64,000 nt of DNA from Macrostomum lignano (Eukaryota): NCBI GenBank assembly GCA_002269645.1, contig NIVC01003879.1:8318-72317 (forward strand), written 5' to 3'. The notes under the pieces were generated by a model that was not told where the DNA came from, ran no database searches, and was given only the letters and a program-made list of their open reading frames with translations. The position numbers and the translations under genes were made by a program. This document shows positions 51,461 to 61,900 of this stretch, piece by piece; the stretch's first letter is position 1; every line of letters starts with the position of its first letter.

Positions 51461-52606
51461 ATGGGTCGAGTCCGCACCAAAACTGTGAAGAAGGCCGCCC
51501 GGGTGATCATCGAGAAGTACTACACCAGGCTGGGCAACGATTTCCACATCAACAAGCGCGTCTGCGAAGAGGTCGCCATCATCCCGTCCAAGGCGTTGCG
51601 CAACAAAATTGCCGGCTTCCTCACCCACCTGATGAAGCGAATCCAGCGCGGCCCGGTGCGCGGCATCTCCATCCGTCTGCAGGAGGAGGAGCGCGAACGG
51701 CGGGACAACTACGTGCCCGAGGTGTCCGCTCTCGACGCCGAACAGCTGGAAGTTGATCCTGTCACCAGCCAGATGCTGCGGGCGATGGAGCTGAGCGTTG
51801 AGGTGCTCACTTATTTATGGCATTCACGCTGCCTGCATCTCGCTTTCCTGTGTCTGTTGGTGGCACTCAAGTCTCCCCCTCCCACCGTGTCACTGTCCAC
51901 GTCTCGGAAATCCGGGGACTACTTCACCTCTTTCTGCTGTTCTCTTTGTGTCACCTCCCACTTTCCCTCTCTCCCTCTCACTTTCCTCTCCTCACATTCC
52001 TCTCCTCTGCCTCTCCTCTCACTCTCACTCTCCTCTCTCTCACTCTCCCTCTCCCTCTCCTCACCCCCTCACTCCCTCTTCCTCTCCTCTCACTCTCCCT
52101 CTCACTCCCTCTCCCTCTCCTCTCACTCTCCTTTCGCTCTCCCTCTCACTCCCCTCTTCCTCTCCTCTCAATCTCCCCCTCACTCTCCCTCTCCTCTTCC
52201 TCTCTTCTCCCTCTCCTCTTCCTCTCCTCTCACTCCCCTCTTCCTCTCCTCTCACTCCCTCTCCCTCTCTTCTCACTCTCCCTCTAGCTCACTCCCTCTC
52301 CCTCTCCTCTCACTCTCCTCTCACTCTCCCTCTCCTCTTCCTCTCTTCTCCCTCTCCTCTTTCTCTCCTCTGACTCCCCTCTTCCTCTCCTCTCACTTTC
52401 CCTCTCACTCCCTCTCCCTCTCTTATCCTTCTCTCTCCCTCTATCTTCTCACTCTCCGTCCCCCTCTCACTCTCCCTGTTCTCTCCTTCCCCTCTCCTGT
52501 TTTTTTCCCACTCATCCCACTGATCTAGGAACGTCACTCCTTTGCTCAATTTGGTAATTCATAGTCTAAAATACATTCAAATTTTCAGGTGACTGAAATC
52601 CAATGA
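51461..52606 (+). CDS. RPS17: 40S ribosomal protein S17 (eS17), 119 aa
   Basis: [21 protein letters not shown]...[43 protein letters not shown] is unmistakable. Exon 1 is 51461-51802. The inferred last exon is 52589-52606 (VTEIQ*) after attttcag; its boundary is less certain. Confidence 0.95.
51950..52500. repeat. TC-rich low-complexity tract in the RPS17 intron
   Basis: Nearly pure C/T (ctctcactcccctcttc...). Confidence 0.9.
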
Positions 52607-53189
52607 GCATTAATTAGAAGACCGACTGTGCGACGGTTTCCATGGAAACGACTGTACGACGAGCGAGTCAGGAATGTTATATAAAGAATTTGACGCTAAT
52701 AACGTTATGTAACAATCTTAATTATATAGTTTGATTGGCTTGTTAGAGGAGTGCTTCTGTATCGGCTGATGGCTGTTAATGGAGCAAAATATCCTGAAAT
52801 AGTTGAGATTTTTGTTTTTTTCCTTTGTTTAATACATATGCACTAATCAGATGGCGAAGCATGCCCAAATGAAGTTGCAGCGATATTTACTCCCGCCGTT
52901 TACCCTGTCAGTCGCATGTAGCTACAAGAGTAGATCAGAGAGATCTGTCGAAACAGAAATGTAGCGTCTGTAAATATAGGTTAAACTATAGAAAATATAT
53001 AATTTCTACGACTTTACTATCAGATGAGTATAGAACATTGAAGTCAGCTGTGCCGGGTGCCTTTTGATTTGCCTAGATAACATCCCCTCTCCTCACCCAC
53101 AATTAAAACTTAAAAAATTAGTAGAATCAAAATGTATGGCGATCTGTCAAGACTTCGTCATCTGGAATTACCAAGGCCAACTAGTATAT

Positions 53190-54160
53190 CTATAAGTGTC
53201 CCTGGGGTAGCTACGTGTACCAAGGACGACTGGATAAAGTGTCCCTAGGGTAGCTACGTGTACTAAGGAAAACTAGATAAATACTTCCCGGGGGTAGCTA
53301 TATGAACCAAGGTCAACTAGATAAAGTGTCCCTGGGGTAGCTACGTGTACCAAGGACAACTGGATAAAGTGTCCCTGGGGTAGCTACGTGTACCAAGGAC
53401 AACTGGATAAAATGTCCCTAGTGTAGCTACGTGTACCAAGGACAACTGGATAAAATGTCCCTAGTGTAGCTACGTGTACCAAGGACAACTGGATAAAATG
53501 TCCCTAGTGTAGCTACGTGTACCAAGGTCAACTAGATAAAGTGTCCCTGGGGTAGCTATATGTACCAAGGTCAACTAGATAAAGTGTCCCTGGGGTAGCT
53601 ATATGAACCAAGGTCAACTAGATAAAGTGTCCCGGGGGTAGCTATATGAACCAAGGTCAACTAGATAAAGTGTCCCGGGGTAGCTACGTGTACCAAGATC
53701 AACTAGATAAAGTGTCCCTGGGGTAGCTACGTGTACCCAAGGTCAACTGGATAAAGTGTCCCTGGGGTAGCTACATGTACAGAACAACTAGATAAAGTGT
53801 CCCTGGGGTAGCTACATGTACCAAGGTCAACTGGATAAAGGGTCCGTGGGGTAGCTACATGTACCAAGGTCAACTGGATAAAGTGTCCCGGGGGTAGCTA
53901 TATGAACCAAGGACAACTAGATAAAGTGTCCCTAGGGTAGCTACATGTACCAAGGTCAACTATATAGTGTCCCTAGGGTAGCTTCGTGTACCAAGGTCAA
54001 CTGGATAGTGTCCCTAGGGTAGCTACGTGTACCAAGATCAACTAGATAAAGTGTCCCTGGGGTAGCTACGTGTACCCAAGGTCAACTGGATAAAGTGTCC
54101 CTGGGTAGCTACATGTACCAAGGACAACTAGATAAATACTTCCCGGGGGTAGCTACATGT
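53190..54160. repeat. 43-bp minisatellite abutting the retrotransposon
   Basis: Unit ctacgtgtaccaaggacaactggataaagtgtccctggggtag. Confidence 0.95.
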
Positions 54161-54218
54161 ACATGTACCAAGGAAATGTACACTGCGTGTCCATGTATTG
54201 CAGCCTAATTTTTACTAG

Positions 54219-54988
54219 TGTTGTGTAATGCAAAATCTCCGGGGGGCGGCTCGTGATCCTCGAGCAGCTACGGCCTCCTAAGACTAAATACCAGGGTACA
54301 AGTACCCCTTCAGGGTGGCGAGCCAGTGATGGCGTCCGACACTCTGACCGAGCTGCCGGTGTCGGGCGGTGCGTACCATCGCCTCTCGTTCCTAGCCAGC
54401 AGCTCGTCCCTACGGCAGTACCCGATACAGTATGTCTCGTACTGAACAATGAACAACACAACGAGACTCAAGTTCTTACTGAGGAATGAACACGGCGGCG
54501 AATTAGGACTAGCCGGTAGCGCGGATTCTCAGACGTTGCGTACCCGTAGGGGCGTCTCGGTTCTAATCGATATGGGCAGTGGAATCTCAGAGCTGAGTTG
54601 GGTTGGAAGGTAGCAGCCAAAGTTGGTCCCTCACTGCCGCTACACCGCGCTAAATATATATTTGGGTTGGCCGGCTAGGCCGCGGGGAATCGCCCCCCGC
54701 GCCCACCCGACCAGCCACACAACCAGCTTAGCACATTACAGCGAGAAAGCTGCTGATTGGCCGGCGCGTGAGAGAGGCGGCCCGTACCAATCAGCAGCTG
54801 CGCAAGAGACGGAAAACTTGGGGGGGACGCGCTGAGAGGGGTGGCGCAGCCAGCCAAAGCCGGCTGGCTCAGACAGACTGGGGTGGGTGGTGCATAAACA
54901 ACTGAGGAGGGAAAGTGCAGTGTCCCAGTGCGCCAATTAACTGCAAGCCTGAGATCGCTAGGCAGTGAAATTACACTACGGCACAACA
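54219..54988 (-). repeat. 3' LTR (770 bp)
   Basis: TGTTGTG...CACAACA (7-bp terminal inverted repeat). It is a direct repeat of 61901-62676. Confidence 0.95.
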
Positions 54989-55002
54989 CCCTCCCCCCTC
55001 CC
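54989..55002 (-). promoter_or_regulatory. Polypurine tract
   Basis: Minus strand GGGAGGGGGGAGGG directly precedes the 3' LTR. Confidence 0.9.
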
Positions 55003-55138
55003 AAAAGAGAAGGAAACAAAAATGAAAAAAAAATTACTATAAAGTACCATAGACGAACCATACAAAAGATTAATAGTGCAAGGACAGTGCAATGGCGAGA
55101 CGAGCATTTGTATTTGTCTGCTGGCATTTTGCACACAG

Positions 55139-55735
55139 TTAAATATTATAAAATTCACGCGCAGCCGCAGCCAGTCGACCAGGTAGAGCCCCGTCGCTTC
55201 GCTCCTCAGTAAGCCAGGTCGCCGCCTTCCGGACATCAGTCGGCTTGCCCGGGTTTCCCGCGAATGGTGCTGATGATGCGACTAGCAGCCGGTCGGACGG
55301 TATCGCTGCGACGCATCGGGCATGCCATCGGCTGTTGGAGACCCGGGCGGTGACTTCAAATATCAGTCTTGGCAACGACGCTAGGTACAGGCTGAGGGTG
55401 TCTTTGGGCCAGTCGGAAGATTCGACAACTAGAATGCGACAGTTTGCAAAGTCCGACGACACTAGCAACCGTAAGAACTGGTGCCAGGCCGAGCCACCGG
55501 GTTCGACTGGGCTACGTCTACGCTCTCGCAAACGAACCAGGAGGGGTAGATCTCGTTTATTTGCTAGCCCAACCTGTAGCTCCAGGGCTGCCATTTGTTG
55601 CTCCACACTGATTGCAGTATTCTGGACGTCCAACTCGGCTTCACCGACAGCCACTACCCTTGTCCATTCGCCCGCTATGAAACGCTGCAGGTCGGCAGCC
55701 AGCGTGGTCATGAGCGGTGCCGCTGACGCCCTCAA
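55139..55735 (-). CDS. Retrotransposon cargo ORF of unknown function (198 aa from TTG, or ~190 aa from ATG)
   Basis: Uninterrupted non-repetitive ORF between the J-domain/SIM frame and the PPT. No recognisable motif, signal peptide or TM segment. Confidence 0.5.
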   Translation of the reverse strand: MRASAAPLMTTLAADLQRFIAGEWTRVVAVGEAELDVQNTAISVEQQMAALELQVGLANKRDLPLLVRLRERRRSPVEPGGSAWHQFLRLLVSSDFANCRILVVESSDWPKDTLSLYLASLPRLIFEVTARVSNSRWHARCVAAIPSDRLLVASSAPFAGNPGKPTDVRKAATWLTEERSDGALPGRLAAAAREFYNI

Positions 55736-55834
55736 TCCGAGCGCAAAGTGGATCCGAGAGTCACATGAGCCGGGCAGTTGCGGGGTTTGACGGTCTCAAA
55801 TAGAACGGTGAATTCACTACCGACACACAGGCTT

Positions 55835-56788
55835 CTACGCGACTACGCCGTCCAGGACAACTGGGGCAACTAGGGCATCTAGGTCTTCTTGAGGGCATTC
55901 TGGGTCGAGGAAATCCGCTTCATCGACGGCCTTCTCTGCCTGGTCTTTGGACTTCGAGTCCGGGGCCACTAGTACCGTTAGCTCTCGGAGTTTTGACAGG
56001 AGTGCCCCGCCGTTCAGCAGGCTCATTTTCTTGATGCATGTCATTACAAATCCGATTGATGCAGTCAGCGCTTCGTTCGACAGCACTCGAAGGCCCCGCC
56101 TAGATGACCCTGGGCGGCGCTTTCGAGGTGACACATCAGACGCTATGAAACTCAGCGCAACCCCTAGAGAATCGGAGACCCATCGCCGAGATTCCAGGCC
56201 TGCCAAAAGGAACAGTTCTTCCAGTCCTGATATGCATTCCTGCGCCTGAGCGATCCGACCGATCCGCAGATGCTGGGCCAGGTGATTCCGGAGGCTTCTG
56301 TATCTGACCTCAATCGACTCAGGGACTCTTGGTGGGCCTGATCGCGCGACCATTAAGACTCCACCCGCCGGCGCAATTGGGGTCGCATCAACGGCGGGAG
56401 GTTCGTCTTCATCGTCACTGATGACCACGATCCCCATGCTCTCGAGTCCGGCTCTTATTTCGTCCGGAAAACTGACTCCGGGTGGCGGGCTGAAGAACTG
56501 CGCGTACGATAGCGTGTTGCTCAGGGCTGCTTAACCGAATTTGTCGTATAGCGCTCTATAAAACGGGTCGCTCAGGACTGAATACGCGAATACCACCCGT
56601 TGGTAGGCCCCTGTGCTTCCGACGCCCACCTTGTCGGGGCGAAGTAGTAGTGAGCGCCGACGGAAGGCCACCTTTATGTCTCTCGGTGAAGCTGATTGAG
56701 CTACGCCGAGCAGGTCGTGCAGATCCGACACTGCAAGGCCAGCGTTCAACTTGCAGGCACCCCAAAAAATGGAACTTGCTAAACGCAT
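55835..56788 (-). pseudogene. Cargo J-domain (DnaJ/Hsp40) protein of 317 codons, interrupted by one in-frame TAA at 56533-56531
   Basis: J-domain: DLHDLLGVAQSASPRDIKVAFRRRSLLLRPDKVGVGSTGAYQRVVFAYSVLSDPFYRALYDKFG. After the TAA, 31 open in-frame codons (AALSNTLSYAQFFSPPPGVSFPDEIRAGLES) lead straight into ORF 56437-55835. Confidence 0.8.
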
Positions 56789-57081
56789 GAAAATACAATT
56801 ACAACTGGATGAAAATACGAACCCGTACTGTACTCAGCAACTTGGAGGCGCGATGAGAAGGGTGAGAAAATGCACATCCCAGAGCGATTGATGGACAGAT
56901 TGGCTCAGATTAATAGAGGATTGGGTCTCCGAATCGACGTGGCGGAATTCCTCGATTCGCACGAACAGGGCGACAATTGAAATCCTGCTCGGGAGGAGCG
57001 GCTACACGAGGCTGATGGTGTGTGATGCGCTGTGCCCAAATGGGCTCTGGGTCCAATTCAGCGTCACTGTTCTGCTCAGAT

Positions 57082-60000
57082 TCAAAAAACTGGCATTGGG
57101 GGATTAGGAGCTTCCGGGCGGGAATATCGCTCACGTGACCTGGTTCCCGCCGTTGCCTGAGTCCTCCTTTGAGCAGGAACGTGGGACCTAGAGCTGGCAT
57201 CGATTTTCCTTAGGTTGTTGAAATGGACTACCCTAGGCCTTCGCGCACCATCGTGCAGGATTCTGTAATTGACATCGGAAAACTTTTTTAGGACTTTGGC
57301 CGGGCCTTTCCAATAGCGGTGGAACTTCGGGATTTCATTCGGTTTAATCACGGGATCGTATTCTAGAACAAGATCACCTTCATTGATCTGAGCGCCACGA
57401 GCTTGGCTGTCATAAAGCTTCTTTTGCTTCCTCTGATAGGTTCTGAGATTCTCCCTCACAGCCTCGTGTGCTTGCTGAAGGTCTTCAGTCAGTCGACGAG
57501 TGAACTTGGAGAAACTCTCTGGCACCCTCTCAGTCGGATTCTCAATGTCGATCGGGAGCTGCATTTCCCTACCAAACAGAATGTAGTGCTAGCCTGTGCC
57601 TCTATGCACGCTAGAACGATAGGCTAGCAAACCGGGCGCAATGCAGTCTTCCCAATCCTTGTCCTCCTGCTCTAACTGACACGTTAACATGTGCTTTAGA
57701 GTCCTATTAAAGCTTTCTGCTTGCCCATCCGCCATCGGATGATACGGAGTGGTTCGACACTTGCGGATGTCTAGCAGAGAACAAAGGTTCTTCATCAATG
57801 CTGACTCAAAATTTGATCCCTGATCAGTGACTATCTCCTGTGGACAACCGAATGATGAAATCCAGTGCGTGAAGATTGCACGGGCTACTGTTTTGGCACG
57901 CTGATTTGCTAACGGGATTGCACACGGCCATTTACTGAATGCGTCTTGGATTGTCAAAACAAATCTCGACCCATGCTTGGACTTCGGCAAAGGACCAATG
58001 ATGTCGCACATGATTCTTTGAAACGGAAATGAGCTCGGGATGGGTTGCAGTGGTGCCCTGCCTCTTGGCGATGGTTTGCACTTTGAGCACACTAGACATG
58101 TTCGGCAGCACTCCTCAACTCTACGAGACAGACCAGGCCACAAAAAGCGTTGCTTAAACTTTCCTTGAGTCTTCTTAACTCCGAGGTGGCATCCACTGAC
58201 GCCATCATGAAGGATTTTGGCGGCTTCTTCTAACAGGGAATTTGGTAGGAGGATTCTCTTCTGTGAGTTCTCTGGCACTGTCAGGAGCAGTAGCCCATCT
58301 TCTAAGACTATTCGAGTCCTATGGGCCCAGATCTCTCTCTCTCAACTAAACTACTGATCGGTTCATTTTGCAGCGCTTCACCTTCAAGTAACTGCCTTAC
58401 TCGTTTCAGAGCTGGGTCAATTCTCTGAGCCTCTCTGATGCACTTGACGCTGAGAGGTGATGCTAACACAGCGTTCACTTGTTCAGGTGTTTGTGGCGAA
58501 CTGTTACAGGAAGGGCACGACTCTTGGGCCCAATGCTTTCGAACTTTACGAGACACTGTCCGCATTCTGGTGAAAAATCCCTTTCCTGTGAACTATTTCA
58601 AACTCAAAACGCTGTAGCGTCTCTAGCCATCGAGCGCACTGTCCTTCCACATCTTTGAGGTTCGTTAACCATGACAACGCACTGTGATCTGTTCGGATTT
58701 TAAATTTGCGCCCCAAGAGGTAATATTTGTAGGCCTTGACGAAGTGCACGATCGCAAGAAGTTCTAGTCTAGTCGTACAGTAGTTCTTTTCACACTCTGT
58801 CAGGGTCCTTGACCCATAGACAATCTCACTTTTTCGGAGCCGTCGGCTTGCACCTGAGACAGGACAGCTCCAATTCCTATTTTGGAACTCGCGTCGGTGT
58901 CAAGCACATACTGTCCAGCTGTTTCGGAAAAATCTGGGTAAGCCATCACTCCAGTCGAAATCAGAAGTCTCTTTAATTCACAGAATGCTCCTTGCTGCTC
59001 CCGGCCCCACTCGAACTTGGTGTTCTGGCGCAGGAGTTTGTACAGCGGAGCTGCTATGATCGAGAAATCACGGATGAAATTTCTGTAATAAGAACAGAGA
59101 CCAAGGAATGATTGTAGCTCTTTGACACAACTCGGAATAGGCCAATCGCTAATCTCTTTCGTTTTCGCTGGATCTGTAGCTATTCCTTCCGCTGAAACTA
59201 CGTGGTCTAAAAACTTTGCCTCTTTGGACAGAAAATGGCACTTCTTTGCTTTCAGACGGATTCCTGCAGCTCGCAATCGGTCGAACCGGTCGAACACGTG
59301 CTGCAGTCTCTTAAAATGCTCTTCATAGGACTTCGCAAAAACTATAATGTCATCAAAGTACACAAGGCACTCCTTCCATGACAGGCCAGTCATAACTAGG
59401 TTCATGAGCTTTACAAATGTGGCTGGGGCATTTTTCAGCCCAAAACTAACATAGCGCCACGCGAACTGACCGCGGTTTGGGATGACAAACGCTGTCTTCA
59501 ACTGGTCTCTACGGTCCAGGGGGCACTGATGGTAGCCTGACGCTAGGTCCAGAGTGGAGAATACAGCGTTTCCTGATAGAGCTTCAAGCGTCTCGTCCAT
59601 CCTAAGTGGAGGGAAAGGATCAGGAACGGTGACGTCATTTAGCCTACGATAGTCCAAGCATAAGCGGATAGAGCCGTCTTTCTTCCGAACAGGTACAACC
59701 GGGCTGACCCAAGGAGACTGGCATTCATAGATCCTGTCGCATTCGAGCAGTCTATCAATCTCCTTGTCGATCTCCGGGCGCAGATGAAGTGGGATGCGCC
59801 GCGGGGCTCGCGGGTCGGCTTCGCTGAGCCGGTGTCAATGGTGTGCATTGCTAAATCAGTGGCGCCTAACTCACTGTCATCTTTTGCAAAAACGTCTCGA
59901 TTTCGGCGAATCAATTCAGTGAATGAACCTTGCTGCTCTGGTGTCAAATCTGTTGACTCCCAGCTGCCGAGATTACTGACTGGGTCCCAACTGGTGTCAA

Positions 60001-60820
60001 GGGTAACCAAGTTAGCCTGTGCTGCAGGTTTCACTTCCTGAGCAGGAGGTTGGCTATCGTTTACAGGGGTGAACCAACCAACTTGCCTTCCTCTGGGCAG
60101 GGTCACTGGTTCGCCTAAGATGTTGGTTACTTTAATCGGCAAAAATCCTTCAGCTGATGGGATGCCAATGGCTCTGGCCAATAACACTAATCCTTCATTC
60201 TGATAACGAGTCTCTGTTATTCCTGTGAACTGGAAATTCCGGACACCTTTTCGACTTAATTTGGCCTGAATGATTTGGGATCTATTGTTGGGGACCGTTA
60301 CCGATTTCGGGATGACAATCCGGCAGAGAATAGGTCGCTCAGTTGTCATCCGAAATTGGAAGGTACCGTTCGATGTGGTGACTTGAAAGTTTGCAAAATC
60401 TAGCGTAGCTGCTTGACGACGAAATAAATCTGCTCCGAGGATGCATGGATTCAAGAGACTGGAGACGATTGTAAATTTGTGACTGAATTTTAGAGAGCCA
60501 ATAAAAAATTCCACAACGCACTCGCCCAGCACATCAATCGCATCACCATTAGCAACTTAAATGTTTGGTCCGATGGAACTCGGCACTAGCATGGATCTAG
60601 GCAGATTATTTTTCCAAACTCTCTCACTCAACAGGGGTGTACTGGCACCCGTGTCGAGCAAACACGTGATCTTGGCTTTCTCGGAAAAGCGGATGTCAAC
60701 AAAACCGAGTTCTGTACTGGATTCATGGGCGGGCTGGCTCGGTGCGCTGGGTTGGGCCTCTACTAGTGACTGGCTTGGGACCCTGGATGGCCCTGCCTCC
60801 AGGTCCCTCTCTCGTTTCCC
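57082..60820 (-). pseudogene. pol: Gypsy pol (protease, RT, RNase H, integrase), disrupted by stops and frameshifts
   Basis: Protease LLDTGA; RT DYRRLN, LDLASGYHQ, FGLKNAPATF, VYFDDIIV; RNase H LDTDAS, TDHSALSWL; integrase HLGVKKT...CRTCLVC, DIIGP, IVTDQGSNFES, GQAESFNRTL; GPY/F-like WKGP. An in-frame TAA lies at ~60557, with frameshifts near 59810, 58800, 58560 and 57590. Confidence 0.92.
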
Positions 60821-61730
60821 ATCTGTTGATCCCTCGCTAGCTGCTGACACCTGGCTTTGACGTGGTTCGGCCTTCTGCAGTAGCTGCACACTATTGGGTT
60901 CCTACACTGACGGGTCACGTGATTGGTCCCAAAGCGTCGACCACACTGAACAGCTCTATGAGTCGGTGCTGCGGCCTGGGTAGGTTGGGGATTTGGGTGC
61001 TCACGATGGCTGACTCCTGCACCCGGCCTAGCCTTCAAGGCCTGCAGCTCCAATCTCAGCTCTTTCAGTTCTTCGCGGAGTCTGACTGTCTCATCTTGCG
61101 TAGTGGACGAGTTCACTGAGGGCCATGGCTTCTCGGTGCTTGCCTGAGCTGTGCGGAGGGATGCCACACTCTGTCTTACCCGCCTACAAGTTGCGTCGAG
61201 GGTCTCTGGCTCCTGCAGTAGCAAGTGCTCACGAACTCTATCGGCAATTCTAGCACCTAGCAGGAACCGGTCCCTGGCCAACTCATCTCTCTGATCTGCC
61301 GGCAGGTTCGGATAGGCCCGACGGACAATTTCGCGAAGGGCGTCGGCATAGCTTTCCACTGACTCATCCTTCTTTTGGTCCCGACTCCTCAATTCGATCT
61401 TACTGTCTTGCGGGGTGTGATGCTGGTTGAATCGTTGTGAAAGGCGTTCAACAAAATCTTCAAACTCTAGATCGTCCGACAGTTCAAGATTGGCAATAGC
61501 TCGATAAGCTGTATTGAAGTCCATCAGGCTAATTAGGTGCTGCTTCCTGTCTTCTTCAGGGATCTCTGCAATCAATCTCTGATCTCACAATACGCTGTAA
61601 ACTGCTGCATCCACAGTGCAAAATCCTGACTCAGCACAAACTTGGATGGTCGGGGCACTCTTTGCCCTACGTTCAAATTATTCTGCACTCTAGCTGTAAG
61701 CGCATTGATGAGGTCGTCAACGTTGGCCAT
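60763..61730 (-). pseudogene. gag: Gypsy gag with CCHC zinc knuckle; one frameshift near 61575
   Basis: ATG at 61730 (MANVDDLINALTAR...PRPSKF...DFALWMQQF). The frame changes at ~61575 into ORF 61575-60763 with QKKDESVESYADALR, RDRFLLG and CSYCRRPNHVKARC. Confidence 0.85.
60777..60820 (-). promoter_or_regulatory. Putative -1 ribosomal frameshift signal at the gag-pol junction
   Basis: G GGA AAC in gag phase (60820-60814), a 6-nt spacer, then the stem GGGACCTGGA...TCCAGGGTCCC. The -1 frame is the protease frame. Confidence 0.8.
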
Positions 61731-61880
61731 CGGGATTCGAAAGACAACTTAACAGGGAGAAAAGACTAAGAGATTGACCGGGATAGAGAAAGTGACAGAT
61801 TAACAGTGCATAGATCTAAGAGGCGCGCAAGCTGCTGACAAATAAAAATACAACCCAGGTTACAGTAAACTAAACTCCTA

Positions 61881-61898
61881 AATCCTGGTCACGGCACA
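61881..61898 (-). promoter_or_regulatory. Primer-binding site complementary to the 3' end of tRNA-His
   Basis: Plus strand aatcctggtcacggcaca matches the invertebrate tRNA-His 3' end AATCCTGGTCACGGCA(CCA), with the CCA imperfect. It lies 2 nt from the 5' LTR. Confidence 0.75.
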
Positions 61899-61900
61899 AG

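Noticed and set aside
51461-52528. 355-aa RPS17 fusion protein
   Set aside because: The extension is a TC-rich low-complexity intron read through in silico. A downstream acceptor gives a plausible short C-terminus.
55245-56249. Plus-strand ORFs 55245-55790 and 55947-56249
   Set aside because: These are antisense shadows of GC-rich minus-strand coding sequence, with no motifs.
55139-56437. Env gene in the third-ORF position
   Set aside because: No signal peptide, furin site with fusion peptide, or C-terminal TM anchor is visible.
61881-61898. tRNA-His gene
   Set aside because: Only the 3' ~17 nt match, adjacent to the LTR. This is a PBS, not a cloverleaf.
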